This document shows, piece after piece, positions 14,702 through 30,300 of a stretch of 64,000 nt of DNA (the first letter of the stretch is position 1; the number at the start of each line of letters is the position of its first letter). Source of the stretch: the human T2T-CHM13v2.0 reference genome, Homo sapiens. A model generated the notes under the pieces. That model was not told the origin of the DNA. It saw only the letters and a list, made by a program, of their open reading frames with translations, and ran no database searches. The stretch lies in NCBI RefSeq assembly GCF_009914755.1, contig NC_060925.1; one strand, 5' to 3'. Position numbers and translations under genes: made by a program.

Positions 14702-14742
<41 letters not shown>

Positions 14743-14820
14743 GGCATAGTGATGTGTACCTTAGTGCTAGCTACTTGAGAGGCTCAGGCACAAAGATAGC
14801 TTGAGCCCAGGAGTTCAAGG
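14585..14820 (+). mobile_element. AluJ, 3'-truncated, with linker expanded to A36, inserted in an L2 remnant
   Basis: AluJ diagnostics (gcctgggcaacatagcaaga, ttgagcccaggagttcaagg). A run at 14703-14738. Confidence 0.85.
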
Positions 14821-16496
14821 TTTAATTATACATAAATAGATTTGGGTTCCCTAAAAGTCATTCTGGTTATGATGTGGAGAATGGATAAAGAGAACAAGGG
14901 TGAGAGATTGAAAGGAGTGAAAGACAGAATCCAGGTTTTTCTGGCCAGAATGTAAGTTCCTGGAATGCAGACAGAATAGCATCTGGGTTCCACACATATC
15001 ACCTAGCCTAATGTCTTTTATATACTCAGAATAAAAGGCACTTAATGGTGTGTGAAGGACTGCATGAAACATCATTTTTTTTCTAGTAACAGACAATACC
15101 ATCCTAAAAGAAATTAAACCCTGACCACTTAGCACTCTAATAATTTATTTACTCACTTAAAAATAAACATGCTATGTAGAAGCCCTGAAATCCTAGAATT
15201 TAACAAAGAAAGTCATAATTAAGAGTACTCTGCGAATATGGTGGCAATGACACTGTTGTTGAATGTATATAATAACATGTGGCATTACTGAAAACCCCTG
15301 GACACCAATACCTAGCCAACAAGGTATTCCCCAAACCCTCCCCTTCTCATCCTCAAACAGGTGGTTGGATATAAACTATTGGCAGCTATGAGATGCCATA
15401 TCAACACCTGGGCAGGAAAAAGAGAGGAATCTGCAAATGGCCCCAAGCACAGGAAAACCTCCAAAGCTCTACCACTCAATGGAAAGTACAGGGAGACAAG
15501 ATGAACAAAGATGCTAAACATAGGAGGTGTACTGAAAGATACCAGTTTATAAATGAGTGCAAGAGGACCAAGATGTAATAGTTCTGTGGTGTTGAATTAG
15601 TTGGATCATATAAATTCTTGAAATTAAAAAATTAAAGTGATTTCCCAGGATAAAAAACCCACACCAAGGAAAAACAGTGGAAGTAGAAGCGAACTGGAGC
15701 AGAACAGAGGCCAAGGGGAAAAGGAAACAGACGGTCTTAATAAAAATATTGAGAGGAATACAAGAGGCAGATATTGGAAAATATGAGGCCAGAATTTTGA
15801 TTGGTTTATGAAAACAACAGAAGAGAGAGGTATAAAGCCATGAAATTAGAAAGCTATCCTGTCTCATGTCTCCTTCTTAAAAGTACAGGAAACCTCATTC
15901 AGAACAGTGTTGCAGATACATAAATAAGAACGATTATTAAAAGGAAAAAATAAGGTCCTTAGAGACCGTAAGAGTACTCTAGATATGCCCACAAAAATGA
16001 AAACTACACCTGATAATTCTAAAACAAGTTAAAGCAAATTAAGAAAATGATAGAAGATATATGAAAAAGTCACAACTAGAGAGGTTGAGAAATAAAGGGA
16101 CTGGATAGAAGGAAGATTTAAAAGAAGAGATGATAGCATTTAGGAAGCAATTAGAAATAAAAGGAAAAAAATCATTTCAGAAATTAAACTAAAAGGAACA
16201 GAGGAGTGAGCCATATGATGGAGAACTAGAATATGAAAATACAATAAAAATGGAAAAGGCAAAAAATAAAAACTTTAAAATTAAAAAAAGAAATTAAAAG
16301 GAAAGTGATAAATTAAAAAGTGAATTAGAAAGTGAAATTAAAAGGAAATTAAAAGAAAGTGATAGCTACGGAAGATAGGCAAAGAAGATCCAATATAAGT
16401 ATAATACAAATTTTTAAAACAACAAAGTCAAAGCAACAAAACAAAACAAATATAAAACATTATAATTGGAGAACATCTTGAAATTTATTTTTAAAA

Positions 16497-16847
16497 TGAG
16501 ATGGTCTGCCTGTGTCCTCACTCAAATCTCAACTTGAATTGTATCTCCCACAATTCTCACATGTTGTGGGAGGGACCAGGGGGAGGTAACTGAATCATGG
16601 GGACCAGTCTTCCCATGCTATTCTCATAATAATGAATAAGTCTCATGAGATCTGATTGGTTTATCAGGGGTTTCTGGTTTTGCTTCTTCCTCATTCTCTC
16701 TTGCCGCCAACATGTAAGAACTGCCTTTCATTCTTCACCGTGATTGTGAGACCTTCCCCAGCCATGTGGAACTGTAAATCCAATTAAATCTCTTTCTTCC
16801 CAGTCTTGGGTATGTCATTATCAGAAGCATGAAAACAGACTAATATA
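16497..16847 (+). mobile_element. THE1A-like MaLR solo LTR
   Basis: tgagatggtctgcctgtgtcc...aaatctcaacttgaattgtatctccc...gactaatata, with 5-bp TSD taaaa. Confidence 0.85.
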
Positions 16848-17444
16848 TAAAACAATAACAACTAGCTACTAAAAAAGGATAACTTCATCCCTGGGAAAAA
16901 TCACCTAAAATTATCAACATTAGAATGTAGTCTAGTCAAACTCTTGGCCTTTAAAGAAAAGGAAAATGCACATTGAGCATCTAGGCAAAACCAAGTCACT
17001 TTTATGTCTAAGAAAATCAGACTATATCAGATATAGAAAGCAACGTTTTATACAGGCATTGGAGTAACATATTTAAGATAGTTAGGAGAAGAAAAACATG
17101 AGCCATGGATTGCATATCTGGCCAAAATGACCTTTAAATATACAGTTCATGCATAAACTGCTAATAACAAGCAAGAACTCAGGAAATATTGTTTGAATGA
17201 GCACTTCCAGAGGAAAAAACTAGAGAATAAACTTCAGACAAAAAGAGTACAGAAGCATTGACTTAAGATTTTGTGGTAATCATTAAAAATATATTTACGT
17301 ATAGAACTAAAACTGAATGGACTGAACTAAAACTAAATAAAACTAGAACTGAAAAAAAAAAAGGAGGCAGTATAGTACTAAATGGCTGTATGTGTCAGAC
17401 AATGTACACACAGTATAACTACCTAAAAGTGGATGAAAATACTT

Positions 17445-17588
17445 GTTTTTTCTTTCTTTCTTCCTTTTTGTGGAGAATGGGTCTTTCTATATGGCCCAGG
17501 CAGGTCTCAAACTCCTGGGCTCAAGCTATCCCTCTGCCTCTGCCTCCCTAAGTGCCGGGATTACAGTCATGAGCCACCATGCCTGGCT
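17445..17588 (-). mobile_element. FLAM / Alu left monomer
   Basis: Single reverse monomer with diverged TSD aaaagtggatga / aaaaatggatga. Confidence 0.8.
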
Positions 17589-17955
17589 AAAAATGGATGA
17601 CAATAAAAAGTATATAGGAAAAATAAAATAAATTCCCTGACTGTCTTATAGATACGAACAAATGAAAGGAGGGCACATGAGGCCAGCTAACTTCAATATT
17701 GCTCACAGTAGGGAACCAGCAGCAAGGGGCCTCAAAAAGGAAGGGAGAGGGCCTGAAACTGTTACACAGAGGTAATAATAAACAGGTAATTATTAGAAAA
17801 AAAAGCCTTCTTCAAAGTCCAATGGTATACCAGACTGAGAATGAGGGCAAGAGAAAGGAGAAAAAGAAAGGTAAAGGTAGTAAGAGAAGGAGAGAGAGAG
17901 AGATGTTTGCTTCTCTTAAAAACAGGGAAACAAAAGCCAATGAAAGGATATATCT

Positions 17956-18255
17956 GCTGGGCGCGGTGGCTCACGCCTGTAATCCCAGCACTTTGCGAGG
18001 CTGAGGCAGGCGGATTGCCTGAGGTCAGGAGTTTGAGACCATCCTGGCCAACATGGTGAAATCCCGTCTCTACTAAAAATACAAAAATTAGCTACGTGTG
18101 GTGGCACGTGCCTGTGGTCCCAGCTACTCAGGAGGCTGAGGCAGGAGAATCGCTTTCACGAACCTGGGAGGCGGATGTTGCAGTGAGCCAAGATCATGCC
18201 ACTGCACTCCAGCCTGGGTGACAGAGTGAGACTCCGTCTCAAAAGCAAAACAAAA
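17956..18255 (+). mobile_element. AluS (Sx-like)
   Basis: Full dimer containing cctgaggtcaggagtttgagacc. Confidence 0.9.
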
Positions 18256-19569
18256 CCCATTTTGGGGAAGAAACAAATGGAGGGAACCAGGTAGAAGCGA
18301 GACTTCTTTGAAAATAACTGCTTGTGAAAATTTGATTGTGGATCCCATGAGTATTTTTATATTATTATAAAACAAAATTAAATACATTAAAAAGAAACCT
18401 GTTGCTGAAAATGACACTAATTATACATTGGTATACCTATACTTAGAAACTATTTCAAGTTACTTTAAAACACAGGAAAATGATTGCATATTCCTAGCGT
18501 ACTTATAGTAAGTACCAAATAAAAATAGAAAAAAGAAAAAACACTTTTTAGTGATTATTTTACTGGTAGTGATGACAGTATGGTGATTCTGAGATTGCTG
18601 TCTGTGTATGGTGGGGTAAATAAAATGAGTATTCCATTGTCATTGAGATGTAATATTTTTAATATGGTTGGAAAAAGATTAAAATCAATGACAGAAAGTA
18701 TAAACAATAAAGTCTTGAATTTGAACTGGAACTATCAGTATGAATCAATATGATTTTTCTTTAAAAAAAAAAATCCTAACTCATTTATCTGAAAAGGCCT
18801 AGAAACACAGACATTCCTAACATCCAGACTGTGGTTTCTAAACCTATTTCCTATTATAGTAAAGGAATCAGCACTTCTTGGAGAAGTGGGTGACTCCTGG
18901 TCTAAGCCAGAAAAGGTCCAAGAAAAGCCTAGAAAATGTAAACATATCAGAAAGCAAAGACTGGCAGCAAAGAAACACACAATTACCTTAAATAATCTCC
19001 CATTGGCCACAGATGGGACAATTTTAGCATCAATTAGAATTATAACTAATGGACGAAACATATCAAATGTGTTTAAATCAGTGAGTTCACCTTTGGAAAA
19101 TGTTAGGAACCAATTCATTTTGAAAACTGGCATATAATAAGGGGAAAGAATCAAGTATTTCTCTTGCTTTCCCTACATGATCTGTACCTTAAAGTAATCA
19201 CATAGTTGGGGAGGAGGAAGTTTTCAACAGAAGTAACTAGAACATATTAAAAGAATTAACACAGCACTATTTTGCAACCCTTAGTGAATAAATCTGGGCA
19301 ATAATCATCATGGCAAATAAATCACGGAAAGAGATATAAGTGAGGGAAGTACACAATATCACCTTTGGAACAATCTTGCCAAACAAAACAAAACACCAAA
19401 CCTGAATCTCTAATCAGTTCTCTAGATGTAAATACCAATTACAGGAAACACAGAGGACAGTGGAGTATGTTAAAAGACACCATGTAGAGAAAATCGGCAA
19501 CATTCCAATATGTGAGAAACTTTATGGGCCAAACACCTGATGTCTTCAACCAAAAAATGTCAAGGAATG

Positions 19570-19578
19570 CACACACAA

Positions 19579-19626
<48 letters not shown>

Positions 19627-19655
19627 AGAAAGAGAAAGAGAGATAGAAGAGAGAG
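19570..19655. repeat. (CA)n microsatellite followed by a GA-rich tract
   Basis: Directly visible. Confidence 0.95.
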
Positions 19656-22600
19656 CTGGAGAAGGGGAATTTATATATCAAAGGGAATCTGAGAGATTAT
19701 AATGCAATAAAACAATAAAGGAAATGTAAATATCAATTGCATATATACATATTCATATATTAAGGGATTATTGTTATTTTTTATAGATGGGATAATGATA
19801 CTGAGACTTTTTTTTTTAAGAAGCTGTTACCTTTTAGAGAAACACACTGATGTATTTCAGTGGGGATACAGATGAAACAGGGTTTGCCACACGTTGATAA
19901 TTATCTAAGCCAGTTAATAGACACAATGAGTTTATATTTTGTCTGTATTTCTGTATATAAAAAATTTTCTATGATAAAATATTGTTAAAAATTGCTTTCA
20001 TCATCCTGACAATGTAAGTGAAAAAGCATCTTTTCAATCCTTAAGATTGCCAGTATAAGTCATTACAGCTTTTTCAAGGCTTCATGAAAGAGACTCTTCA
20101 TAATTTTTAAGTGACCAAATTTGAAATTAAATTAAGTTATCCATGAGGTCTAAATCATGGAGTCTGCATAGACCCCTGGACTGTAACTTGATTTAAAAAG
20201 ATTACAAAAATCTTTATCTGAGGTTTATTGTCCTTAGAAAGGATAATAGTAGTTTTTATTCCATCTTTCTAATTAGTAATTTAAGCATATGTTCAGCATT
20301 TAACTCTAAATGTTTGCCTTTTCCCCAAGCTCGAAGACAGCTGTCCAAGATTTGAATGCCAGAAAACATTTAAATATCAACATCTGTTGAATTATGTTAA
20401 TTTAGTGTAATATAATTGGGCATGAGTTGGAACTGATCAGAAGTATATGAAATAAACAAAGGTAAATTCCCACCAATATCTTGGTATACAAATAAATCAC
20501 TAAGGAATGATGAAAAACAATTTGAAAAACAATTATTTCTACAAAAAAAGCAAAGGAAAGGTACTGATTATAAAGAAATTGATTCTTTTAAAAACATAGT
20601 TATAACTCTTAAGACATTATCTTGCTATTTTTAAATTGTTCCTGTAATTGAAAGGAAATGAAAATTATCTAAAATGAGTGATAGCCAAATATTTGATATT
20701 TGAATATTTTTATTCATTATTAAGTAAAACATTCTAATTATACTTATATATGCATTAAAGTTTTAGATTGCAGAATAATTCTTGTTATATTATGAGCAGT
20801 AAATATTCAAGGGTTGATGTGATTTCTGTAGACATAAAGTAATATTTTAAAATTGAAAGTATTTTCAGTGTGGCAGATGAATTTAATAGGTTTTTTCCTG
20901 AGGACGGTAAGGTACAAATGATCAAGCAGCAGATGTTGTTTATTATTTTGCAGATTTAAAATATTAATTTCTACAGTGATTCTCTTACTAATAAATTAGG
21001 ACTGCTTGTTTGTTTTGGGAAATATTCTGGCACTTACACATTGGATTAACAGATCCCCAAATGTACCCATAATGAAGTTATAACCCAGGCTGCAGTAGTG
21101 ATACAAGCTGTTGTGATATGGGCCTGCAGGTGTATCCTAATCATTTCCTAGGAGAATCATCTCTGGGAGTTAAAGGTTAGTTCTGTGTCCATGCCCATTT
21201 AATCACAGGACCAATTTGGAGAGTGCCAACTGTGAAACAAACACCTGTCCTTAAGGAAATGGACTTTAGACCACAAATTCATTTCAGTTAAGGGTCACTG
21301 GAACAGCTTTCACATGCTAACTGTTTTCCATCCTTAGTGACCATGGCCAAATTCAACTGCAATCCTAGAGATGAGAGGCTGTTCATACTTTCTGGCATTT
21401 GAAAATATCTAGTTCATCTACCAGAAAAAGAGAAGACGTAAGTAATAAGAGTTTCACTAGTTAGTAGTAGTGTTTTGTTTTTGTTTTATTTACCACCCAC
21501 TGGGCATATTACTTATTTCTAAATGTCAAATTCCTTTTTTTCTGTGTGGGCTTTTCATATAAAACTGAAAAGCACCCTCCAAAATTCTAAGTGGCTGATA
21601 ACTAATTTTATTTCATATAATGACAATTTAAAATAACCCTCTATGATCATTAGTTTAAAATCTTGGCAAGGAAGAATTTCAGGATGCCAAAAGGACAGGA
21701 AGCATGAGAACTGGCAATGTGAGAATAGTGTAGTTTTATACAATACAATAATTTGGTTATATAGAGTAAAACAGATTAATTAAATCCCTTAAAAACCATT
21801 TTATGTTGTATATGTGGTATGCTTCCAATTATTCTACTCTAAGGATCTCTATACTTAGACGCCATTTGAGCTTTCTTTTTAATTGGAATATATATGTAAT
21901 TAAATGCATTCCAATTAAACAAATATAGAAAGTATACATTCTAATTAAAGCAAATATATGAATACTTTCTATTCATTCATGCGTACATAAGAATGAATAA
22001 AAAAAACTAAGATATTTTTCTATCTGAAAGGCTAAACTTCTTTTACAACGATAAAATCTAATGCTAATTTTAGGTATGGAAAGGAAAAAATGAGAATAAA
22101 CTAGAAATTTTACTTTTAAAGTTAGTTTAAAAGCAGTTTTAAACCATTATTTTGGACATATAAATATAAATATATAAAATATAAAATGTCGAGTGATAGA
22201 ATTTGCTTTGAAATATGACAAAAGAGAATTTGTTTTAAAATCCTAAATTTACTAAGGTAGGATAGACAACTTAAACCATTAAAATAAAGCATCACTTGCT
22301 ATTGTTGATATACTTAATTTTGTTAATACATTTCTAGGAAAAGCAGCATTAAACAAATATAGCCCATGTCATTAAGCGGTACTCTAATGAACAGTTACCC
22401 TATCCTAATTTATTAACAGCTGCTCAAAAATGTCATAATTAATAGTTTCATTTATTTTTGGCAAACCTGCAAAATGACAAATAGTTTTGTATCTGTTGCA
22501 AATTATGTCTCCTTTCCAAACAACAAATGACAGTATGGGGAAGACTGAGCAAACTGAATCCTTAAACATCTTTGGATCTTTAGATGGTCAAATAAAGAGC

Positions 22601-23338
22601 AGCTGTAACTCTATCTGTTACATCTGCAACAAAATACAGTGATCTGTATCATATAAAAACAAACGTGTTCTGTATTAATGTAAATAGGAATGTTCTTTCT
22701 AACTTGATGGAAGAGGGCTGACATGAATGTGATGAGATCTGTTTTGTTTCTCTGATTAAATCTATTGTCACTTTTTTTTTCATTTTAGAAGACTCCTTGT
22801 AGTGCTAATCAGGCAAAATGACAGGAAAAAAAGTTTCTTTCTTCTCACTATTAATAGACAACCTAAGAAATTATGTCACATAGAATCCATGGATTATCAA
22901 ATCATTTGACATTAAGTAGATAAAAAGTGAAAAATATAATGTGTTTAGCAACTAAGTGAAAGTAAATTAAAGATGTTTCTAAAAGACACTTTAAAAAATT
23001 AAGTACAATTTAATAATGTCAGCAATAAAAATGTTTTTACTTGATTTCAAACTACATGTCAGACTACTAAATAATTTGGCTTTTGTGCTTCATAACAGTA
23101 AAGGACAAAAATCATATAAGAAAACATGGCAAATTCAAACCCTCCTCCTTCAAAAAAACGGTGCCATATCCGTAAGAAAAGGCTTTGAATCTAAACAATT
23201 GAATAAAGCTGCCACAAATGATCAAGTTTGTTGCATGGATTCTTACAGCAATAAAGACTAATCATAAGCATAAAAATGTGTTAAAACAGCAAGATCTTTT
23301 CAAAAATGACGTATCACTTAGTATTAGGCATCGCTTAG

Positions 23339-23661
<323 letters not shown>

Positions 23662-23939
23662 CAACAGACTTTCAATTTGGAAAAGCTATATTGAACTTTC
23701 TGGTGCTAACCAAAGGTTTCTGACATGAGAAACAATGTGACATTATTTAGCTGTAGCTCTAAAATGAGGTGATAGCAGTGGGAAAGCTCTTTCTAATTTT
23801 GAGAAGCATAAAATTATATTTAAATACAGAAATACCAAGAAAAAAAGAGATTGAAAATTGCAGAACCGTTCTCCACGTTTTCTCACCTGTAGTGCTCAAG
23901 GATAAGTGGAGAAAGAATGTACAGAGAGAGGAACTGGCT

Positions 23940-24274
23940 GAAATGGCTTTGGCATTGTCCTAGTCCCCCCTAGAAACAGGATGCCCTTCAACTCTTTAGC
24001 ACAGCAAGTTCTTTCACCACTAAGGTATATAACCCAGGGCATGCTAACTTTCTGGATCCCTCAGCTGTGGTGCGACTGGGCATGTGTGGAGGAAACTATC
24101 AGTCCCAGGCAGCTTTCCTGAGCCTTGGGAGGCTGCTCACAATGAATCATAAACTTCTGTCCCTTACTACCTATCTGTGAGTAATCAATCTGCTTCATAT
24201 AACCTGTGGCACATGAGTGTGTTCTGCCTTAGTGAGATAAGTTGGTAACTGGTGCACAGTGAACTTGCTTAATA
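23940..24274 (+). mobile_element. ERVL-type LTR remnant (MER54/73/74-like)
   Basis: ggcagctttcctgagccttggg and the terminal ttggtaactggtgcacagtgaacttgctt motif. The 5' boundary is uncertain. Confidence 0.55.
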
Positions 24275-24338
24275 AATCTAGACATCACTAGTATTTCTGT
24301 CTAAAAAACACTTAGGTGCATTGCCTCAAGGTTTAGTT

Positions 24339-24340
<2 letters not shown>

Positions 24341-24380
<40 letters not shown>
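24341..24380. repeat. (GT)20 microsatellite
   Basis: Directly visible. Confidence 0.95.
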
Positions 24381-24381
<1 letters not shown>

Positions 24382-26107
24382 CACTTTAGCTAATAATTGA
24401 TTGCATGTAATGACCATTCAAAAACCATGCCTGTTGATTACTAAATATTGAAAATGACAGGTAATAGGTAGTTTTTTTAAAAAAATAACAACTGAATATG
24501 CCTTTATGTATTTATTTATGAAAAGAATTTCATGTTTTCCCGAATTGTCATCATGGTTTCAAAGGTTTTGAGGTACATGAAAATGACAGAATGGCACGAA
24601 CAAACCCTGAGACATGCATAAAATATTAGATAGATAAGAGGCAATAAAACTAAGATAAAACTTCATAGCAGGCAAATGGACAGAAAACACTGAAGAAATG
24701 GAAGAAAGGATGTAAAAAAAAAACCCATAGACTTATCAAACAGAAGTGTAGAGGGACATAATCAACATGATATAAGCAAGGTGGAAGAACATGAGACAGG
24801 AAACATGTAACTCTAGGGACTATGATGCAAAATCTCAGGAAAACACATCAAATGAATATATGAAAATAATGTCATGATGACAATTCTTCACATCACTCAC
24901 TATCTGACACATCTACTTTACGATAAGGACACCCCTCAGGAAATAAAAATGAAACAACAAACTAAAAGAAAGATTATAAGACTAATATCACTTGAATCAA
25001 TTAGAAAAATTAAATCCATATTAAGAATCAGTGTGTTTCTCCCTTGAAATTTGATTATAGGACTCATTATGCATCCTATGTGAGAAGAATAAGAATGTTA
25101 TTTACAATAAACGTATGAATCAATACTTTATTAGTAGAGAATATTAATATTCAGAATATGATGAAATGGCATGTAATGATGGGCACTGCTTATGGTAACT
25201 GATGCCACAAGGGGAGATAGTGAAGCATGAGAAGCAAGTTAAGAAATCCACAGGAATCCTGCCCTTTTAGGAAAAGAGAGAAGTATAGGATACCTTGAAT
25301 ACAGTGTCCATTATTGATGAAGTAGAACTTCCTCATAGAAAGGATTAAAATAGTTAAAATGAGCTATTTGTTTAAAGGAAATTATAAAGGTCACTTGTTT
25401 GGTATTGTTAAGATATAGAAAGGTCAAAGAGTTGGGAGACAATTCTTCTGCACTCATAATTAAGTTAAAGAGCCTAGATGAAAATTAATGTGAATGTGGC
25501 AAAAAAGGAGAAATGGCATAAATTGGACATAAAGAAAACCACCACAAAAGTGAATTACAGTAAGTGGCATTGGTAAATATGTCCCCAAATCCCTTTTTAC
25601 AGAGGTCCTGAAAACTCCCCTGAGGAGTTGAGGGTGAGATGTCCTACATTCCAAAGACTAAAGCCATAACTGCATAGCACTTTATTCAGAGCTTTTGTGA
25701 GGAATGCCTACGTTAAGGGCATGCTTTAGTCACGCACTTCAAAGTCTTGGCTTTGAATCATGAACAGCGGACCATCTATGCATTTATCTTTTTTTACCTG
25801 CTTGGTATATTTTGGGAGTAAATGACCCTACAATTTATTGATTTAATGCATTATAGTTCTCTTCTCTCACCTTTATGTTTTTCTACAAGTTGAAAAAGGG
25901 AAGTGCAGTCACTCATCCAAAAGGGGTAAGAAAAGTCAAGATACTATTAAAAATACTAAGAAAGAAAATGGATTGAATGAGAGTAACATAGAAAAATGCA
26001 TATAAATAAAAAAGGTGAATAATTTTTATCTTGCATTTAACAAAACTTGTAACAAGAATTAAACATGAGTAGTCTTTCTCTTCTTACACACGTATTTCAC
26101 CTTTTCA

Positions 26108-26668
<561 letters not shown>

Positions 26669-27293
26669 TTAGAGGATCATTTAAGGGTGCTCCAATACTG
26701 AAAAATTAGGAGCACAGAGAAAATGGCAACTACTGACAACTGAAAGACATTGGAGCAATGCCTTCAAAACCCTGAGGAAAAAAATTTTCAAACTGGAATT
26801 CAATTCCCAACTAAATCAATTAATGTAAGATAAGAATAAAGACATTTTGAGACATGCAAAATTCCATAAATTTAACCATCTCTGTTCTCTTCTGGGAAAG
26901 CTGAAGAAAAATAATGCCTTTGGATCCAGGGCACATAAAATCCCACACAGGGGATATATGAAGGAAATCTCAAGCATGATAGTTAAGAGAGATGCCAGGA
27001 CATTAGATGTGCAGCAGGTCCAGAAAGCAAACAGTCCAGAACGAGCCTGAAAAATGGAGGGCTCCAAGAGAGATGCCACCAAGAAAACTAACTGAGAGGT
27101 GTTTAACTTCTGTCAAGAGGCGTCTGATGAGTTTAGGGATAGGCACATAGAACAAAAAGCAAATAAGAAACAAAACAATGATAACCAGAACTAAAAGTGA
27201 TATATCTGTGAATATCTACACAGATAATCATATTAATGAAAACAATGGATATTTATTTGGTCTGGAAGAAAAGAGGGAAAGAAATCCAGATAT

Positions 27294-27295
<2 letters not shown>

Positions 27296-27327
<32 letters not shown>
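27296..27327. repeat. (GT)n microsatellite
   Basis: Directly visible. Confidence 0.95.
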
Positions 27328-27329
<2 letters not shown>

Positions 27330-27371
27330 TGTTGTGGGGGACACAGCAAGAAATCGATATGCACAGCACCT

Positions 27372-30300
27372 GGGGTGGAGCAAGATGGCAGAATAGAAGA
27401 CCACCAATTGCCACCCCCTCCAGGACACCAATGTAACAACTATCTACACAAAGAAAGCTCATTCATAGCAACCAAAAATCAGGTAAGGACTCACAATACC
27501 TGGATTTAACTTCATACTGCTGGAAAAGGCACTGAAGAGGCAGGAAAAACAGTCTTGAATCACTGATGCTGCCCCTACCCTGTCCCCCAGCACTGGTGGT
27601 GTAGTATGAAAGCACGTCTATGCTCTAGGGTGAGGGAGAGCACAGCAATTGTGAGGCACTGAACCCAGTGCTGCCCTGTTATAGCAGAAATCAAAACGGA
27701 ACCAAACTCAGCTGACGCCTGCCCACGGAGGAAACATTTAAACCAGCCCTAGCCAGAGGGGAATCACCAATCCTAGCGGTCCAAACTTGAGTTTCTGCAA
27801 ACCTCGCAACCATAAGCTAAAGTACTCTGGGGCTTTAAATAAATTTGAAAGGCAGTCTATGCCACAAAGACTGCAACTCCTAGGAGAGTCCTAGTGCTGA
27901 ACTGGGCCCAGAGATAGTTGACTGCGGGGGCATGCAACATACTGAGACACTAGCGGGGGTGGTTAAGGGAGTGCTAGCATCACTCCTCTCCTAACTCCAA
28001 GCCGCACAACTCATAACTCCAAAAGGGATCCCTTTCATCTTCTGGAGGAGATGAGAGGGAAGAGTGGGGAGGACTTTGTCTTGCATCTTGGATACCAGCT
28101 GAGCCACAGCCAGATAGGGGACCAGTCAGAGTTGTGAGGCCCTCTTTTCAGGGCCTAGCTCCTGGATGACATTTCTAGATACATCCTGGGCCAGAAGGGA
28201 ACCCACTGCCTTGAAGGGAAGGACTTGGTTCTGACAGGATTCATCACTTGCTAACTGAAGAGCCTTTGGGCCCTGTATAACAAGCAGCGATACCTAGGTA
28301 CCACACTGAGGGCCTTGGGTAAGCCTCTGAGACTTGCTAGCTTCAAGAGAGACTCAGCACATTCCCAGCTGTGCTGACTCTGTCTGCTTGAGAAAAGCAG
28401 AGGGAAAAGTAAAGAGGACTTTGTCTTGCACCTTAGGTACCAGCTTGGCCACAGGGGCACGGAGCACCAAGTGGGATCCTGGGGTCCCTGATTCCAGAAC
28501 TTGGTTCCTGTATGGCATTTTTGGACCTGTCCTGGGCCAGAGGGGAGCCCACTGCCCTGAAGAGTGAGTCCTAGGCCAGGCAGCATCCACCACAAGCTGA
28601 CTGAAGACCCCTTCGGCCTTAAGGGAACATTGGCAATAGTCTGGCAGTACTCCCCATGGCCTGTGGTAGGAGTGGCCATGGGGTGAGGATCCTCTGCCTT
28701 TGGAAAAGGAAAGAGTGGGAAGGACTTTCTCCCCTTTGGGGAGGAAAGAGTGGGAAGGACTGCAACTACTGGTGTGAGTGCCAAATCAGTGGAGTATAAC
28801 AGAACACCAGGTAGACTTCTAAGCTTTTTGATTCTATTCCCTGGCTCCCAGATGGCACCTCTGGACCTACCTGGGGTCAGGGAGTGTGGTTACAACAGGC
28901 CTTGGTTGAGACCTAATGCTGTGCTGGCTTCAAGTCTGACCCTCAGCCCTTCTGGTGGTGTTCAAGGAGATGCTTGTGTCACTCTATTGCTAGCTTCATG
29001 AGGCTCAGAACAAGAGAGAAACTATGTATGACTGGGAGAAAGTAAGGGAAGAGAATTAGAATCTCTGCCTGGTAATCCAGATAATTCTCCCAGATCTTGT
29101 CCGAGACTATCAAGGCAATACCTCTACAAGTCTGCAAGAACCACAGTGTTACTGTTCTTGGGATGCCGCCTAAAGCAGATACAGCTTAGATTACAATATC
29201 CAAGTCCCTTTTAATATCTGGAAAGCCTTTGCAAGAAAGATGGGTACAAATGAGCCCAGAATGAGAAGACTACAATAAACACCTAATTCTTCACTGCCCA
29301 GACACAGACAAACACTTACAAGTATCAAGACCATCCAGGAAAACATGACCCCACCACATGAACTAAATAAGGCACGAGGGACCATCCTGGAGAAACAGAC
29401 AGAACTCAAAATACCTATTTTGAGGAAACTCAAAGAAATTCAAGATAACACAAAGAAGGAATTCAAAATTCTATTAGACAAATTTAATAAAGAGATTGAA
29501 ATAATGAAAAGGAATTAAGCAGAAATTCTGGAGTTTAAAAATGCAACTGGCATACTGAAGAAAGGATCAGTCTTTAAAAGCAGAATAGATCAAGCTGAAG
29601 AAAAATTAGTGGGTTGAAGACAGGCTAAAAATACACAGTCAGAAGAGACAAAAGGCAAAAGAATAAAAAACAATGAAGCACACCTACAGGACCTAGCCTC
29701 AAAAGGGCAAGTATGAGAGTAATTGGCCTTAAAAAGTGGGAAATGAAAGAGATAGGGGTAGAAAGTGTATTTAAAGGGATAACAGAGAATTTCTTAAACC
29801 TAGAGAAAGATATCAATATGTAAGTCCAAGAAGGTTATAGAACACTAAACAGATTTAACCAAAAGAAAACTACCTCAAAACATTTAATAATCAAACTCCC
29901 AAAGGTGAACAATAAAATAAAGAAACCTAAAAGCAGCAAGAGAAAAGAAACAAGTAACATACAATGGAGCTCCAATACATGTGGCAGCAGACTTTTCAGT
30001 GGAAATCTCATAGGCCAGGAGAGAGTGACATGACATATTTAAAATGCTAAAGGAAAAAAAAAACTTTTACTCTAGAATAGTTTATCTGGTCAAAATATCC
30101 TTCAAACATGAAGGAGAAATAAAGGCTCTCCCAGACAAACAAAACCTGAGGGATTTCATCAACACCAGACACATCCTACAAGAAATTCTAAGGGAGTTTT
30201 TCAATCTGAAAGAAAAGGACATTAATGAGCAATAAGAAATCATCTAAAGGTACAAAATTCACTGGTAATAGTAAGTACACAGAAAAACACAGAATATTGT

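Larger units (their letters stand above)
15230..19990 (+). mobile_element. Old, fragmented L1M/HAL1-like region interrupted by THE1, FLAM and Alu
   Basis: A-rich ORF1-like remnants (gaagataggcaaagaagatccaatata; tatctggccaaaatgacctttaaatat) and L1MC-like 3' UTR motifs. Boundaries are approximate. Confidence 0.5.

Noticed and set aside
28060-28625. About 345-bp diverged direct repeat with overlapping ORFs
   Set aside because: This is the tandem unit typical of L1MA-type 5' UTRs, and the ORFs are incidental.
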